In this document: positions 9,700-17,522 of the stretch, in pieces
Layout of the letters: each line of letters starts with the position of its first letter
Numbering within the stretch: the stretch's first letter is position 1
IMG/VR virus record: IMGVR_UViG_2740892229_000016
Reading direction: 5' to 3' (one strand)
Length of the DNA: 19,523 bases
DNA from: a virus
Taxonomy: Duplodnaviria > Heunggongvirae > Uroviricota > Caudoviricetes
The notes under the pieces: generated by a model
Told to the model about the DNA's origin: nothing
Database searches by the model: none
Seen by the model: only the letters and a program-made list of their open reading frames with translations
Program-made: the position numbers and the translations under genes

Positions 9700-11130
9700 T
9701 ACCCTATGAATGGATATGCACTCAACCGAATCGATCTTGGTTTCAATCTTTTTTATCGGGATCAGGCTTCTTTTTAGGTAACTTCGGGGGCTTAACTTGC
9801 TGATGACTTTGCGTTCGGCGCGTAAGCCAGGGATGGTCAGCTTTAGGTTTAACATAGTATTTTGAGCGTAAATCAATACGGGCATTATCCACTCGTTCAT
9901 GGACACTCTTTTCATCATCCAGTGGTATAGGCTCCGGGCCATCAACATACTTTTCCCAGCCCAGCGCTTTCCCGTCATACAGAACGTTAATTTCACCGTC
10001 AAAGTTCTCGCATACAGTAACAACCGAATGCCTAAGTCGATATCCCCGGCCCTCACTGCGTACCTGAAACGCACTGCTTTTGTACTGGAAAGTGAGATTT
10101 TTAGACAGAACGCGCTTCGCCTGTAGGCTGAAGATATAACCCAGTTCCTCTTCAGAATGGTGCACATCAAGATGAGCATTATCAGTAGTACGAGGCGACG
10201 TAGCGAACCGGTTGTTATAGGCTTCAATAAAGGTCGGCAACCATGCATTTGCTGTTTCAATATCACTGATATTCTGAAGCCGCATTTCTTTGACCAGCCT
10301 GTCCTGTAGTGTCTGATTGGCGCGCTCTACCCGCCCTTTTGCCTGCGGGCTGTTGGCATGGATTGGCTCGATGCCCAGTGTCTTTATCGCACGAGTGAAC
10401 TGGGTCAGCTCACCTTCCCGCTCTGGGTTATTTACCCTGAATATACTGTGTCTATCAGAGTAGAGAGCGAGCGGTACGCCATGATCATTAAGGTAACCCC
10501 GGAGGGTTTCCATGTAAGCCCGGGTTGTTTCAGCAGGCACAAAACGCAACGCCATCAACGCACTGGTGGCATCATCAATGAAAACGATCAGTGTACATCT
10601 GGGGCCTCGATTTTCAAACCAGTCATGAGGTGAGCCATCAATCTGGATCAGTTCACCGTAAGATGGTCGTCGCATGCGGCGTTGATATATACGGGCAATT
10701 TTACGACGGCGTTCACGCCATAACCCCTCTTCTATCACCCACTTTCTGAGAGTTTCAACGGATAAAGATAAACCGTGTATCTCGCGCAATTTTTCGCACG
10801 CAAACGTAGGTCCAAAATCAGCGTAACGGCCTTTGAGGAGTGAAATTACTGTTGCTCTGAATTCAGTAGAAAAGGAATTATTAGGACGCTTTCCACGTCG
10901 GTGGGAAACCAGACCAGAAGGCCCTTCATTTCTATACCGTTGCACCAGACGTTTAACCTGCCGAATAGAAATGCCAATGCGTGCCGCAGCTTGTTCCTGA
11001 ATAATCTGAAGTCGGTGGAGTTCCTTATGACTCATCGTAACAGTCTCTTTGATCATGAAAAATCCCCCAGAGAATTGTCTGGGGACATTTTAGAATGGTT
11101 CAAAGGGGACATTACAGCTTGGTGTTAACA
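9700..11130 (-). mobile_element. insertion sequence carrying a single-ORF DDE transposase (IS481-like architecture); ends not resolved
   Basis: Transposase ORF with no phage context, in a position where K-12 Qin has no such gene. I could not find convincing terminal inverted repeats, so the boundaries are approximate. Confidence 0.5.
9743..11056 (-). CDS. DDE transposase (N-terminal HTH plus rve integrase core)
   Basis: 437 aa. HTH segment GISIRQVKRLVQRY; D/D/E candidates in IQIDGSPHDW, LYSDRHSIF and GRVERANQTLQ. Alternative ATG at 11035 (MSHKEL...). Confidence 0.8.
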   Translation of the reverse strand: MIKETVTMSHKELHRLQIIQEQAAARIGISIRQVKRLVQRYRNEGPSGLVSHRRGKRPNNSFSTEFRATVISLLKGRYADFGPTFACEKLREIHGLSLSVETLRKWVIEEGLWRERRRKIARIYQRRMRRPSYGELIQIDGSPHDWFENRGPRCTLIVFIDDATSALMALRFVPAETTRAYMETLRGYLNDHGVPLALYSDRHSIFRVNNPEREGELTQFTRAIKTLGIEPIHANSPQAKGRVERANQTLQDRLVKEMRLQNISDIETANAWLPTFIEAYNNRFATSPRTTDNAHLDVHHSEEELGYIFSLQAKRVLSKNLTFQYKSSAFQVRSEGRGYRLRHSVVTVCENFDGEINVLYDGKALGWEKYVDGPEPIPLDDEKSVHERVDNARIDLRSKYYVKPKADHPWLTRRTQSHQQVKPPKLPKKKPDPDKKD

Positions 11131-11390
11131 ATAGCCTGCTTCTCCGTGCCTTTCGGCACGTAAGAGGCTAACCTACATGTGTCTAGCATGAAATTGGCCT
11201 CAGATTAATGTTAAGCGTCTTGCAGGACGCGTAATGTTAACTGGGGCTTTTCTCTATCTGCCGTTGGTGTCCATGCCCGAGGCAGATAGCCTCAAGCACC
11301 CGCAGTCATTCTACTTAACTAAGATTTCCCCGCAAACCGTTTTTGTCCAGCACAGTAAATATCCAACTAAACCAATGGAGTTCGCTGTAT

Positions 11391-11570
11391 TTACCGCCAG
11401 TATTCAATGCACATGACCGCCATGAACACCCCTAAAAAAAGGGCATTTATATATCCAAATATTAATATCAAAACATCAACTTTTTCCATATACCTTGCTG
11501 TGAAGATGATGGGCATACATGATGCGAACAACCAGAACGCAACAAACAAAAACTGCAATGCGTTTTTCAT
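11391..11570 (-). CDS. small hydrophobic membrane protein (59 aa)
   Basis: Strong SD AGGAGGAATA before the ATG at 11570; MKNALQFLFVAFWLFASCMPIIFTARYMEKVDVLILIFGYINALFLGVFMAVMCIEYWR has two predicted TM helices. Confidence 0.4.
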   Translation of the reverse strand: MKNALQFLFVAFWLFASCMPIIFTARYMEKVDVLILIFGYINALFLGVFMAVMCIEYWR

Positions 11571-11824
11571 TATTCCTCCTACAATCAATGTGCAATTACA
11601 TTTAAACACACCTCAATTTGGCCGGACATATAAATATCTAAACCAGAAAAAATCACTTACATAGCGTTACAAACTCTTTAGTCTAAAGGTTCATCGTAAA
11701 ACATTCCCCATACTTATCAGTCCGTTCCGCGCCAGGTAGCTCATTGCCTTATCTGGCAACCTGTAATCAGGTTTCCGCTTTTTCAGTTGGCTGGTCGTTT
11801 AACCGACATAGTTAATCCATTAAT

Positions 11825-12112
11825 CTAGTTGCCGGATGTTGGTGGATTTTCGCGTTTTAGTTGTTCATAAAAGTGCACAGCTTTAACCAGTTCTTCTGAT
11901 GTAACTGGGACTGGTGAGGCAGTGAATAAGGCCTGAATTTGATAGTTCGGCCTGTCGTTACAATCCTCTTTTTTCGGTACATATTTCCAGTCACCAGACC
12001 ACTACTTCCCCTGAAAGTCCGTAACGCCTTTTTTCACGTAGCGATATCGCCATGCCACTGGTTTTGCTTGCCCCGCCGTTTCATGCCCTTCCTGATAATT
12101 AATCTCGCTCAT
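11825..12112 (-). pseudogene. about 95-codon ORF interrupted by an in-frame TAG (amber) after codon 36
   Basis: MSEINYQEGHETAGQAKPVAWRYRYVKKGVTDFQGK-TAG-WSGDWKYVPKKEDCNDRPNYQIQALFTASPVPVTSEELVKAVHFYEQLKRENPPTSGN. The 58 codons after the TAG are open but contain no start codon. Confidence 0.35.
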
Positions 12113-12722
12113 TCATCGCCCCACTCATCACAATATGCTTCGACCGGAGTTTTTCCCGCTTCATAGTCATCACGCTAGGATTCGACATCAGCAGCACTTC
12201 CACCGCGTAACTCACCATAGTCCATTAATAGTTCATCCCGCTCTTCAAAACTGATGTTATATTTAGCTGAACAAAAATCAGCCACTTTGTTCTTCCTCAT
12301 CGTCTTTTATTTCGTGGTATGAGTAATTGCAGTAGTTAAAGAAAATTTCTTATGCTCCGTCATGAATTTCCTCAGGTGTTGCGTCATCGTCCACTTCGAA
12401 TACATCCTCAAAATCTCCACCAGCTATTCCCGTTTCAATAATAATTTTGAACTTTCGCATTTCACTACCGCCCTTTCGGGCGGCCTCCTGATGTTCTGAG
12501 GGTGCAGAAATCCATCCGGTTAAGGATTAAATTTTATTTACAGAACTGAATTTAATTATTCAGATATACGTATCTGTAGCCTTACGAATCTACTCACTGG
12601 ATGCCTCTTTCATAAAAATAATCCAGTGGGTTTTATCGTTTTTTCCCTGTTCGTTGACAGATAACAGGTTTTCTGTCTGTCAGTGCCAGAATCTGGCTTA
12701 CCGGTATTTGCGTTTCATTCCA

Positions 12723-13079
12723 TTAAAAAATCAGAACGCCGTGCGGCCTCAACACCCGAAAGGCTTCTTTAAATCTCTGTCGCGAATCATCACGCCAGGC
12801 ATCTTTATTCAGCCGTCCATATTTCTTTCCCATCCAGGCGTTATCACCAACACTCTCAAGATGCGGAGGGTCTAATACAACCATCGAAAAAGATGCGTCT
12901 GCAAATGATAATGCACGAAAATCTGCGATAATGTCAGGGCTGATAATCAAGCGTCTCCCATTGCGTAATGTGTATCCTTCTTTTCTGATATCGCTGAATA
13001 TCGCCCGTTCGTCAGACTTATCGAACCAGAACATGCGGCTGCCACAGCACATATCAAGAATGGTTGCCGGTGCACTCAC
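12723..13079 (-). CDS. methyltransferase-like fragment (motif I-like DMCCGSR and motif IV-like DPPH), probably truncated
   Basis: 118 aa; GTG start overlaps the upstream stop (GTGA). Too short for a complete DNA methyltransferase. 33 further codons stay open in-frame after the TAA. Confidence 0.4.
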   Translation of the reverse strand: MSAPATILDMCCGSRMFWFDKSDERAIFSDIRKEGYTLRNGRRLIISPDIIADFRALSFADASFSMVVLDPPHLESVGDNAWMGKKYGRLNKDAWRDDSRQRFKEAFRVLRPHGVLIF

Positions 13080-13498
13080 TGCGCCACGTCCTGAAAATTA
13101 CCCTGATAGAAAGCCAGTATGCGCTGCATAACTTCGCTCTTCCGGCACTCGCGACAGATTATGTTTAGGCGACTGTCGTAGCGACGTATTTCTCCGTCAG
13201 GTGATGACCAGATAAGGTCCGGATCAACCACAGCAGGTTTCTTCACCTTTGCCCTCGAGAGTTTTTTGCGGGCGTTTTGCCAGTCCTTACGCGCCTGTTC
13301 AGACGGGAATAACCCGTAACCAGAGCTGTATACATCGCCACTGGCAACCAGCTCTCTGGCCAGAACGCTCATCAGATATCTTGTTGCCCCAGTTTTAGCT
13401 TCCAGTTGTCGTAACGTCTCGCGCCCACTCTGGCGTACGAGTTCCACCACCTGCCCTTTAATTTTTTCCCGCTCTTCTTGTGTAAAAACTTTTGCCAC
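13076..13498 (-). CDS. hypothetical protein with winged-helix-like segment (140 aa)
   Basis: GTG start with strong SD AGGAGG. Segment RQLEAKTGATRYLMSVLARELVASG looks wHTH-like. Translationally coupled to the downstream methyltransferase-like ORF. Confidence 0.55.
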   Translation of the reverse strand: MAKVFTQEEREKIKGQVVELVRQSGRETLRQLEAKTGATRYLMSVLARELVASGDVYSSGYGLFPSEQARKDWQNARKKLSRAKVKKPAVVDPDLIWSSPDGEIRRYDSRLNIICRECRKSEVMQRILAFYQGNFQDVAQ

Positions 13499-13538
13499 AA
13501 GTCCTCCTGAACATTACTTTATGCCCTAAAATCAACAC

Positions 13539-14504
13539 TTATCCCCTGAAACCAGGCGGAATTTCTGTATCCGGTTCAGAAATATGATTCACACAACGCT
13601 GTACAGGTGAACGTCCCAGGCGGATGACCAGTTCGTCCCATTTTTCGCGGAGTTTTGACGGGCTCATGATGTTTTTTACCCAGAATTGATCTCGCTGTAC
13701 CCGACCAAACATTTCGCAAATTTGTCTGTGGCTTCTGCCATCCAGCATCCGCATTGTGCGCACGTCATTGGCCCAGGCTGTCCAGTTAGGCTCTTTTGGT
13801 CGCATGATCTCTCCATCGTCGCTGGCAGCCTGTTCGTAAAGGTTCACGATCCGCCCCCAAATCCACTGCGCACACGCCAAATCCTCCCTGCTACCCCACT
13901 GGCGTTTTTTCGCACTAAACACAACCGCGTCGGGGTTCCGGGTTAAAAAATCCTGTTCAGCGGTCTGCGGGTCCGGTTGCGAAGCTTCCGGACGAAAAGT
14001 GTTTTTATTCTCTGTAGTAATCTCTGTTGTATTCTCTGTAAGATCATCAGGCCATTTTGACCCGATGACATTGGGTCGTTTTGAACCAATGGAGCGTTTC
14101 ATTTTGACCTCTTCCATCGTGTCATTTTGACCTGATGGAGCGGCGCATTTTAAACCGATGGATTCGCTCAATTTGTCACCATCTAAAAGCTCGCTCCCGT
14201 AGTTGATCGTGTAGAAATTGGTCATATCGCGCTTTGATTTATTGAGCTTTTCACAACGCAAAAGCCCCAGCGTTTTCAGACTTGCAAACGCGCGCTTTAA
14301 CGTTGACTCTGACCAGAATGGGAACTGTTCCAGCCATTGTTCCGTTGTGTTGTAAATCCAGCGAACACCATCACATTCCATGCCGGAATTGGTATCTCTC
14401 AACCAGTAATGCAACTGCTGCAACACAATGGCTTCATTTAAGCCAATCTTCATCGCAAGCTGTGTGTTTATAACCAGTGGGCGTTCAGCAAAAAGAAGGC
14501 TCAT
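13539..14504 (-). CDS. phage replication initiator (O-like replisome organizer)
   Basis: 321 aa from the ATG at 14504 (the track ORF begins at a TTG at 14558). N-terminal DnaD/replisome-organizer-like segment; the coding sequence contains a direct-repeat iteron array, as in lambda O/ori. Confidence 0.7.
   Translation of the reverse strand: MSLLFAERPLVINTQLAMKIGLNEAIVLQQLHYWLRDTNSGMECDGVRWIYNTTEQWLEQFPFWSESTLKRAFASLKTLGLLRCEKLNKSKRDMTNFYTINYGSELLDGDKLSESIGLKCAAPSGQNDTMEEVKMKRSIGSKRPNVIGSKWPDDLTENTTEITTENKNTFRPEASQPDPQTAEQDFLTRNPDAVVFSAKKRQWGSREDLACAQWIWGRIVNLYEQAASDDGEIMRPKEPNWTAWANDVRTMRMLDGRSHRQICEMFGRVQRDQFWVKNIMSPSKLREKWDELVIRLGRSPVQRCVNHISEPDTEIPPGFRG
14053..14163. repeat. iteron array (5 direct repeats, about 23 bp period), candidate prophage origin
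   Basis: Five copies of CATTTTGACC-(N)-GATGGAG-like units starting at 14053, 14077, 14100, 14123 and 14146. Adjacent TCTCTGT x3 at 14009-14039. Confidence 0.55.
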
Positions 14505-15006
14505 AATTCCATCCAGCTTTTTGTTGGTATTGCTGTCGATACGCAAGTTTGAAAGCAATTGCTTTTTCTATAAGTTCGTCAGTTTCACGATCCACTACGG
14601 CAGGATCAGCAAAAAGCAGTCCGGACTCCACCACATCGCCATATTCTTTGTTTAACCCGGCGATCATGTACGTGATGCTTTTTCCGTCACTAATTTCACG
14701 ATACAACCTGAAATCATTAATCCGAATAGCCTCCATAATTGCAGGCACTAGCGCCGTGAACTTTTCACGCTTATCCCTGGTGTCGATAGCCTTCCAGCGT
14801 TCGAATATCTTCACTCGATTAACGCCAAGCGCTCGCTGATCAACCGCGCCACCTTCATCTGTGACACGCTGAACATCGATGTTCGGGCGCTCTTTCAAAG
14901 CCCAGAATGCTTCAGTGATTAATATCGTCGCCTGCTCCTGTGTCATTCCTGGTCGACATATCCAGGCATCCAGAGCCTCACGAGCCTGTTCAGGAGTGAT
15001 TTTCAT
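14485..15006 (-). CDS. hypothetical early-region protein (173 aa), cII/YdaT position
   Basis: First gene downstream of the cro-like dicC on the same strand; overlaps the O-like start by about 20 nt. Family assignment by position only. Confidence 0.55.
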   Translation of the reverse strand: MKITPEQAREALDAWICRPGMTQEQATILITEAFWALKERPNIDVQRVTDEGGAVDQRALGVNRVKIFERWKAIDTRDKREKFTALVPAIMEAIRINDFRLYREISDGKSITYMIAGLNKEYGDVVESGLLFADPAVVDRETDELIEKAIAFKLAYRQQYQQKAGWNYEPSFC

Positions 15007-15217
15007 TGTTCAACCGCCCCGCCCGCTTCGTCTTACGATATTCGTCATAAACCTTGGGATCATACAGAAGCTCGCCGCCAGATGCCTCCTGTAGACGCAT
15101 CGCGCGACCTTCAGGAACCAGCTCTTGCCATTGAGAAACAGCAGATGGGTCAACGCCAGCAGCTTTCGCTACTTTGGCTTTCGTACCGTAAAAATTAATT
15201 ACGTCTGATTTAAACAT
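14990..15217 (-). CDS. dicC: Cro-like repressor DicC homolog (75 aa from internal ATG)
   Basis: MFKSDVINFYGTKAKVAKAAGVDPSAVSQWQELVPEGRAMRL...; HTH; strong SD GGAGGTG. Divergent from dicA. Confidence 0.7.
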   Translation of the reverse strand: MFKSDVINFYGTKAKVAKAAGVDPSAVSQWQELVPEGRAMRLQEASGGELLYDPKVYDEYRKTKRAGRLNNENHS

Positions 15218-15230
15218 CGCACCTCCAATA

Positions 15231-15244
15231 TTGAGTTTTCTCAA
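15231..15244. promoter_or_regulatory. candidate DicA operator in the dicC/dicA divergent promoter region
   Basis: TTGAGTTTTCTCAA; the same 13-mer recurs at the dicB-operon promoter. Confidence 0.4.
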
Positions 15245-15294
15245 TGCTAATCACTCAAGGAATCTCAAGTCAAGGGTTATTAAGATATCTAAAT

Positions 15295-15702
15295 ATGAAC
15301 GAGAAAACTTTAGGTCAACGCATTAGAGAAAGACGTAAGCAGGTAGGCTTAAGTCAAAACGGTTTAAGCAAAGCTGCTGGCGTATCTGGCTCATCAATTT
15401 CATTATGGGAAAGTGACCATACAGCCCCGCGCGGGCAAAATTTGCATCGCCTCGCCGAGGTATTGCAATGTTCACCAACCTGGATACTGTTTGGCGACGA
15501 GGACAAAACACCAGCTCCCCCTGTTTCACTCGATAGTGCCTTAGACTTATCGGAAGATGAGTTAGAGATGCTGCGTTTGTATCGCGCACTTCCTAAATCA
15601 GAGCAACAAGCACAACTCAGCGAACTCCGCGCCCGCGTTGAGAATTTTAATCGCCTGTTCACCGAGCTATTAGAGGCTCGCAAACGCAACAAGCATCAAT
15701 AA
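15295..15702 (+). CDS. dicA: cI-like HTH_XRE repressor DicA homolog (135 aa)
   Basis: MNEKTLGQRIRERRKQVGLSQNGLSKAAGVSGSSISLWESDHTAPRGQNL...; the C-terminal half looks like a dimerization domain. An alternative leaderless ATG is at 15244. Confidence 0.75.
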   Translation: MNEKTLGQRIRERRKQVGLSQNGLSKAAGVSGSSISLWESDHTAPRGQNLHRLAEVLQCSPTWILFGDEDKTPAPPVSLDSALDLSEDELEMLRLYRALPKSEQQAQLSELRARVENFNRLFTELLEARKRNKHQ

Positions 15703-15766
15703 TCATCCCTTCACAAAATTTTAAAGCCTTACATTTCAATGTATTGGCTTTATCTTGCGCCAATAC

Positions 15767-15818
15767 TTGAGTTTTCTCACCAAAAAACCTTGACGAAAAA
15801 TAATGAGAAAACTAAATT
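15767..15818 (+). promoter_or_regulatory. dicB-operon promoter (TTGACG-N17-TAAATT) flanked by inverted operator copies
   Basis: -35 at 15790-15795, -10 at 15813-15818. TTGAGTTTTCTCA at 15767-15779 and its inverted partner TGAGAAAACT at 15804-15813. Confidence 0.5.
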
Positions 15819-15902
15819 ACCTCCATCAAGACACCGCACGGTGTTCTCAGCAAACAGTTCCGCTACCCCGCTACCCCGGCGTTAAGGGGAAATGAGGTCA
15901 GC

Positions 15903-16055
15903 ATGGATACTATCGATCTTGGCAACAGCGAATCTCTGGTATGTGGCGTGTTCCCCAACCAGGACGGTACGTTCACCGCGATGACGTATACCAAAAGCAA
16001 AACGTTTAAAACTGAAGCTGGCGCGCGTCGCTGGTTAACCAGAAACACTGACTGA
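15903..16055 (+). CDS. ydfA: YdfA-like small protein (50 aa)
   Basis: Hand translation MDTIDLGNSESLVCGVFPNQDGTFTAMTYTKSKTFKTEAGARRWLTRNTD; GAGG SD. First gene of the dicB operon. Confidence 0.65.
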   Translation: MDTIDLGNSESLVCGVFPNQDGTFTAMTYTKSKTFKTEAGARRWLTRNTD

Positions 16056-16066
16056 TGAGGTTGACG

Positions 16067-16186
16067 ATGGAATTTAAAGATTTACCAGTACCATTCCAGG
16101 AAATGGCATCGAATGTGGTTCGCTCTCAACTGGCGACTCTTGACCTGAGTACCGTAGAAAAAGAAACCATCGATACTATATCCGGT
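16067..16186 (+). CDS. ydfB: YdfB-like protein, 5' part only (runs into an N-gap)
   Basis: MEFKDLPVPFQEMASNVVRSQLATLDLSTVEKETIDTISG then NNNNNNNNNN at 16187-16196. GAGG SD upstream. Confidence 0.45.
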
Positions 16187-16384
16187 NNNNNNNNNNACCT
16201 TGCCGAAGGCGAAGAAGCTCTCAGCTTCAGTGAGTTTAAACAGGCACTCAGAATAAGAATGTGCTCTCACAATGACGCGGAGCACAAATATGAGAAGCAA
16301 AATCAGACCGCAGAAAATTTTGTTCTGGAACCCGGAGAAACGCTTTTCAAAATTCCCGTTACGTGCCCCATTTGCGGTTTTACA

Positions 16385-16705
16385 TCAGAAGAACTTGACG
16401 ACTCCTGTAACAATCAGGAAACAACCAAGTATGTCGAAGATGATACCGAGTGCGCACGAAGAACGATTATATCCACGAGTCCAAACTCCAGGACCAATAA
16501 ATCTCACTTTGAGAGGGTGATTAATCCACTCCCCCAAACCAATAAAAAAGATGCCGGAGGACAAAAAACCCAATGGAACAACGGGATATCTGTCAAAAAA
16601 AGACGTTCCATTAAAGACAAACAACGCAGCGCCAACAACTGTAAGCGCTTTATACCAGTAATCAATTTTCATGTTCTTAAGCGGATTTATTGGTGGTTGC
16701 GACAT
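16385..16705 (-). CDS. candidate 106-aa membrane protein antisense to the dicB operon
   Basis: Three hydrophobic helices (ALTVVGAALFVF, GFLSSGIFFIGLG, CALGIIFDILGCFLIVTGVV). The overlapping plus-strand ORF is polar and low-complexity, typical of an antisense read. SD is 13 nt from the ATG, which is far. Confidence 0.3.
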   Translation of the reverse strand: MSQPPINPLKNMKIDYWYKALTVVGAALFVFNGTSFFDRYPVVPLGFLSSGIFFIGLGEWINHPLKVRFIGPGVWTRGYNRSSCALGIIFDILGCFLIVTGVVKFF

Positions 16706-16759
16706 TGCTTAATGAATCCTTAAAACTGTGGTGATTTTAAGGATACCACCTCGCCTGAC

Positions 16760-16927
16760 GTGGTTAAAAGCAGGCACACAACACGAAAGCGCACGGCGAA
16801 GTTCGTCTCACTGTACGGTGTCGTTAAATTTAATTCGACCGTGCGCTTCCGGTTGTGGCAACCCGCAAAATGGCGCGGCGGTAAGTATGGCGGGGTTATT
16901 CCTTCCCCGTTGAGGACACCGGGTTGT
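16760..16927 (+). CDS. YdfC-like ORF (GTG start), truncated by an N-gap
   Basis: (M)VKSRHTTRKRTAKFVSLYGVVKFNSTVRFRLWQPAKWRGGKYGGVIPSPLRTPGC. The same sequence recurs in three more variant copies upstream of dicF, each with a stop or frameshift in this frame. Confidence 0.3.
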
Positions 16928-17070
16928 NNNNNNNNNNGCGAAGAGAAGCAGCTCTCTGATAACCAGAATTTACATGAAAAATACTTCCTGGAATTAATGA
17001 ACATCATTAATAAAGGATTTGGCTTGTTAATGAAAAAGAAAGGGATTCGAATAGCTCCCCNNNNNNNNNN

Positions 17071-17297
17071 ACGAAGAGAAGCAGCTCTCTGATAACCAGG
17101 ATTTACATGAAAAATACTTCATGGAATTAATGGACATCATTAATAAAGGATTTGGCTTGTTAATGAAAAAGAAAGGGATTCGAATAGCTCCCCTTGAAAA
17201 TCATTTTACAGCGAGCAGTATTAATTCCTGTGATTTAAAGCATCACACATCCGATGGGAAAGTTGAATCAAACAACAAAATATCAATTAATCATTAA
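17071..17297 (+). CDS. hypothetical ORF, 5'-incomplete at an N-gap (...MELMDIINKGFGLLMKKKGIRIAPLENHFTASSINSCDLKHHTSDGKVESNNKISINH)
   Basis: Open from the gap to a TAA at 17295-17297. A near-identical variant copy at 16938-17060 is truncated by the next gap. Confidence 0.25.
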
Positions 17298-17522
17298 TTT
17301 ATTCACAGGTGAGGTAGAGTGCGTGCGCCGGACACGGATAAGAATCCGGCACTGACAGTTTACTGAAAAGGATATATCCCTGAAAAGTCAGGGCATAACN
17401 NNNNNNNNNAGCTAAGGTTGGTAATTAAGGAGTTCTCCACGGGTGAGGTGGAGTGCGTGCGCCGGACATGGGTGAGCATCCGGCACTGACAGTTTACTGA
17501 AAGGATATTTCCATGAAAAGTC

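Noticed and set aside
9691-10266. 191-aa minus-strand ORF inside the transposase
   Set aside because: An alternative frame of the transposase gene on the same strand with no separate start signals; the 437-aa frame carries the DDE motifs.
9600-11130. Terminal inverted repeats of the IS
   Set aside because: The best candidate pair matched at only about 13 of 20 positions, so no inverted-repeat feature is reported and the element ends are left approximate.
14282-14839. Plus-strand ORFs within the O-like and 173-aa genes
   Set aside because: Antisense to the minus-strand early operon; no SD.
15354-15692. 112-aa minus-strand ORF inside dicA
   Set aside because: Antisense to the repressor gene; the Ser-rich product looks like a shadow ORF.
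16055-16723. 222-aa plus-strand ORF from the track
   Set aside because: It is a composite: a ydfB-like start, a read through an N-gap, and a polar low-complexity tail that looks like the antisense of a membrane-protein gene. Only the 5' part is reported, as ydfB-like.
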